NCBI GenBank assembly: GCA_963827235.1 | Contig: CAWHAE010000012.1 | Location: forward strand, 1,472,001-1,536,000 | Origin: an uncultured bacterium | Lineage (GTDB): Bacteria > Chloroflexota > UBA5177 > JANWHV01 | Length of the DNA stretch: 64,000 nucleotides | Direction: 5' to 3' | Part shown: positions 62,098-64,000 of the stretch, piece after piece | Position numbering within the stretch: position 1 is the stretch's first letter | How the letters are laid out: every line of letters begins with the position of its first letter | Made by a program: the position numbers and the translations under genes | The notes under the pieces: model-generated | Told to the model about the DNA's origin: nothing | Database searches by the model: none | The model's input: only the letters and a program-made list of their open reading frames with translations

Positions 62098-63582
62098 GTG
62101 TCGATCCGCTTTCGCCTGACCGTGCTGTACAGCGCCATCGTGGCGCTGACGATCGTCGCCTTCGGCATCAGCCTGTACCTGGTGGTGTCGCACATCACGT
62201 TCGACCTTGCCAGCAGCTCACTCGACTCGGAGACGCGCGGCCTCATCCCGACCATTGCCGTGCCCCGGCCCGACAAGTTCGGTGGTTCCGGCGGGTCCGG
62301 CGGGTCCTACAGCCTGGCAATTCTGCCCAGTTTCGCCTGGCCCGAGCCGTACGCTCAGGTGCTCAACACCGACGGCACGCTCTTCTACCAATCGCCTGCC
62401 CTGCAAGCTGCCGGCCTGGTACTGCCCCTGGACAAGGCAACGCGGCAGGTGCTCCTCACGGCTTCCGTCCGTTCCGTAGAATCGACCATCGTGCTCAGCG
62501 GCACGCGCTACGTGGTGTGCGCGGTACCGATCAAGTACCAGTTCCGGAACGGACCGGGCGGCAACGAACCGGGCGGCAATGCACCCACCAGTAACGCGCC
62601 AATCGGCATTCTGCAGATGGCGCGCTCGCTGCACGACGTCGATCGCACGCTCGACACCTTGCGGAACGGGCTTTTCCTGGGCGGCATTCTGGTCACGATC
62701 ATCGCCTTCGGCGCGGGCTGGGTTCTCTCGGGTGCTGCGTTGCGGCCGATCAACCGCATCACGCGGACCGCGCGCGCGATCGGCGTGACCCAGGATTTCG
62801 ACAGGCGCGTCGACTACGTCGGCCCGCAGGACGAGGTGGGGAGGCTGGCCGGCACCTTCAACACCATGCTCAGCCGCCTGCAGGCGGCCTTCCAGGCGCA
62901 GAAGCGCTTCGTGGCCGACGCTTCGCACGAGTTGCGCACGCCCCTGACCACGATCCGGGGCAACCTTGGGCTGCTGCAGCGAGATCCTCCCATAGCGGAC
63001 ACCGATCGAACCGCCGTGCTTGCCGACCTGGTCTCGGAAAGCGAGCGTCTCAGCCGCCTAGTGAGCGATCTGCTCACCCTGGCGCGCAGCGATGCCGGCA
63101 GGCCGTTGCGGAACGAGCGGGTCGCGCTCGTTCCGCTGGTGGAGGAGGTCGTGCGCAAGCTGGCAGTCCTGCACCCCGACCGGTTGATCCACGAGGAATC
63201 GGAAGCCGATCCCATCGTCATGGGCGATCAGGACTCCATCACACAGGTTGTGTTCATCCTGCTGGACAACGCGCTCAAGTTCACGCCTGCCGACGGCAGC
63301 GTCACGGTGTCCGTGCTGTCGCGCGACAAGAGCGCCACGCTGATGGTGAAAGACACCGGCGCGGGCATCTCTCGAGAGGTGCTGCCGCACATCTTCGATC
63401 GCTTCTACCAGGGTGACACCGCGCGGGCGAGCTCAGGATCCGGGCTCGGCCTGGCCATCGCCAAGGTACTGGTCGAGGGCCAGCACGGCACCATCGGCGT
63501 GCAGAGCCAGGAAGGCCGTGGAGCGACGTTTACCGTCACGCTCCCCTGCTGGAGCGAGCCCGTGAAAGAGCCCGCGAAGTAG
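62098..63582 (+). CDS. HAMP-domain sensor histidine kinase (MprB-like)
   Basis: DEVGRLA, FVADASHELRTPL, LLDNALKFT, DTGAGI, GSGLGLAI. Confidence 0.96.
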   Translation: MSIRFRLTVLYSAIVALTIVAFGISLYLVVSHITFDLASSSLDSETRGLIPTIAVPRPDKFGGSGGSGGSYSLAILPSFAWPEPYAQVLNTDGTLFYQSPALQAAGLVLPLDKATRQVLLTASVRSVESTIVLSGTRYVVCAVPIKYQFRNGPGGNEPGGNAPTSNAPIGILQMARSLHDVDRTLDTLRNGLFLGGILVTIIAFGAGWVLSGAALRPINRITRTARAIGVTQDFDRRVDYVGPQDEVGRLAGTFNTMLSRLQAAFQAQKRFVADASHELRTPLTTIRGNLGLLQRDPPIADTDRTAVLADLVSESERLSRLVSDLLTLARSDAGRPLRNERVALVPLVEEVVRKLAVLHPDRLIHEESEADPIVMGDQDSITQVVFILLDNALKFTPADGSVTVSVLSRDKSATLMVKDTGAGISREVLPHIFDRFYQGDTARASSGSGLGLAIAKVLVEGQHGTIGVQSQEGRGATFTVTLPCWSEPVKEPAK

Positions 63583-63794
63583 CCGGTTTCGCACACCTCC
63601 CGGGTGCCGTTCCGGCCTGCGCCGGGCTGCTGCCGGTGCCGTTGTCACCTGCCGTCTACCTGATTTGGCGGTTGCGTCCGGTACGCACTTCTGATAGTGG
63701 TTAAAGAAGCGCGTTCAGGCGTCCACGACACGGTGGGGTCGCGGCAGCATGCCATTGCCGGCTTCTACCGCGCGCGGGACTCAGGAGGTGGATT

Positions 63795-64000
63795 GTGCAC
63801 GGCCGACTCGTGTCTGCCGGCCGGCGGCCGGCGACGATCGCAGGCGCCGCCAATCTTGCCAAGGCTGACGCCGGGGTGCCTCGGGCGTACGCTCTCGGCC
63901 CCGGCGCCGATCTCTCCGTTCGAGCCGACGTGCAGCGCATGCGCGGCGTGGCCATCGACGGCCTCTTGATGCCCCTGATCTTCGTGGCCGCTCCCCTGCT
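63795..64000 (+). CDS. Possible 5' end of a gene running off the window
   Basis: AGGAGG before GTG 63795; frame open to the end, turning hydrophobic. Confidence 0.3.
   Translation, partial: MHGRLVSAGRRPATIAGAANLAKADAGVPRAYALGPGADLSVRADVQRMRGVAIDGLLMPLIFVAAPL

Noticed and set aside
1-64000. tRNA, rRNA, retron/RT or Cas genes
   Set aside because: No recognisable signatures found by eye; tRNAscan/Infernal/HMM scans would be needed to exclude divergent cases

Overview
High-GC bacterial chromosomal window. Gene style (NB-ARC/TPR and LuxR-STAND regulators, REP-like hairpins, peptide ABC clusters) suggests a soil Chloroflexota-like organism; this is inference only. I see no rRNA, tRNA, CRISPR array or intact integrase/transposase. 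Left to right: an XRE-cyclase-NB-ARC-TPR regulator; an epimerase; DUF1275; an orphan MCP; a cobalamin riboswitch upstream of cobO; a PQQ-propeller protein; an MFS-MarR-MBL module; and a patchwork of decayed fragments (17-21 kb). Next come an NrtR locus (PGDY-motif small protein, SPFH, atypical NAD-kinase-like) with two palindromic operators, and corrinoid/UroD-family methyltransferase genes divergent from melR-melA. These are followed by a 15-kb IclR-linked catabolic cluster with two ATPase-less peptide ABC systems and two DUF885-like proteins. Further right are LacI with a perfect 53-bp palindromic bidirectional promoter, a 4.5-kb segment between 187-bp direct repeats, LuxR-STAND plus ECF sigma, a NarL two-component pair, and a GtrA/GT2/MprAB-like envelope locus with phased 11-bp operator arrays. 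Five genes carry single +1 frameshifts, probably assembly errors. Best novelty candidates: the NrtR-PGDY-SPFH-NADK-like operon, the DUF885 catabolic cluster, the corrinoid/GH4 locus and the palindromic promoter. All family assignments are by motif recognition, not database search.
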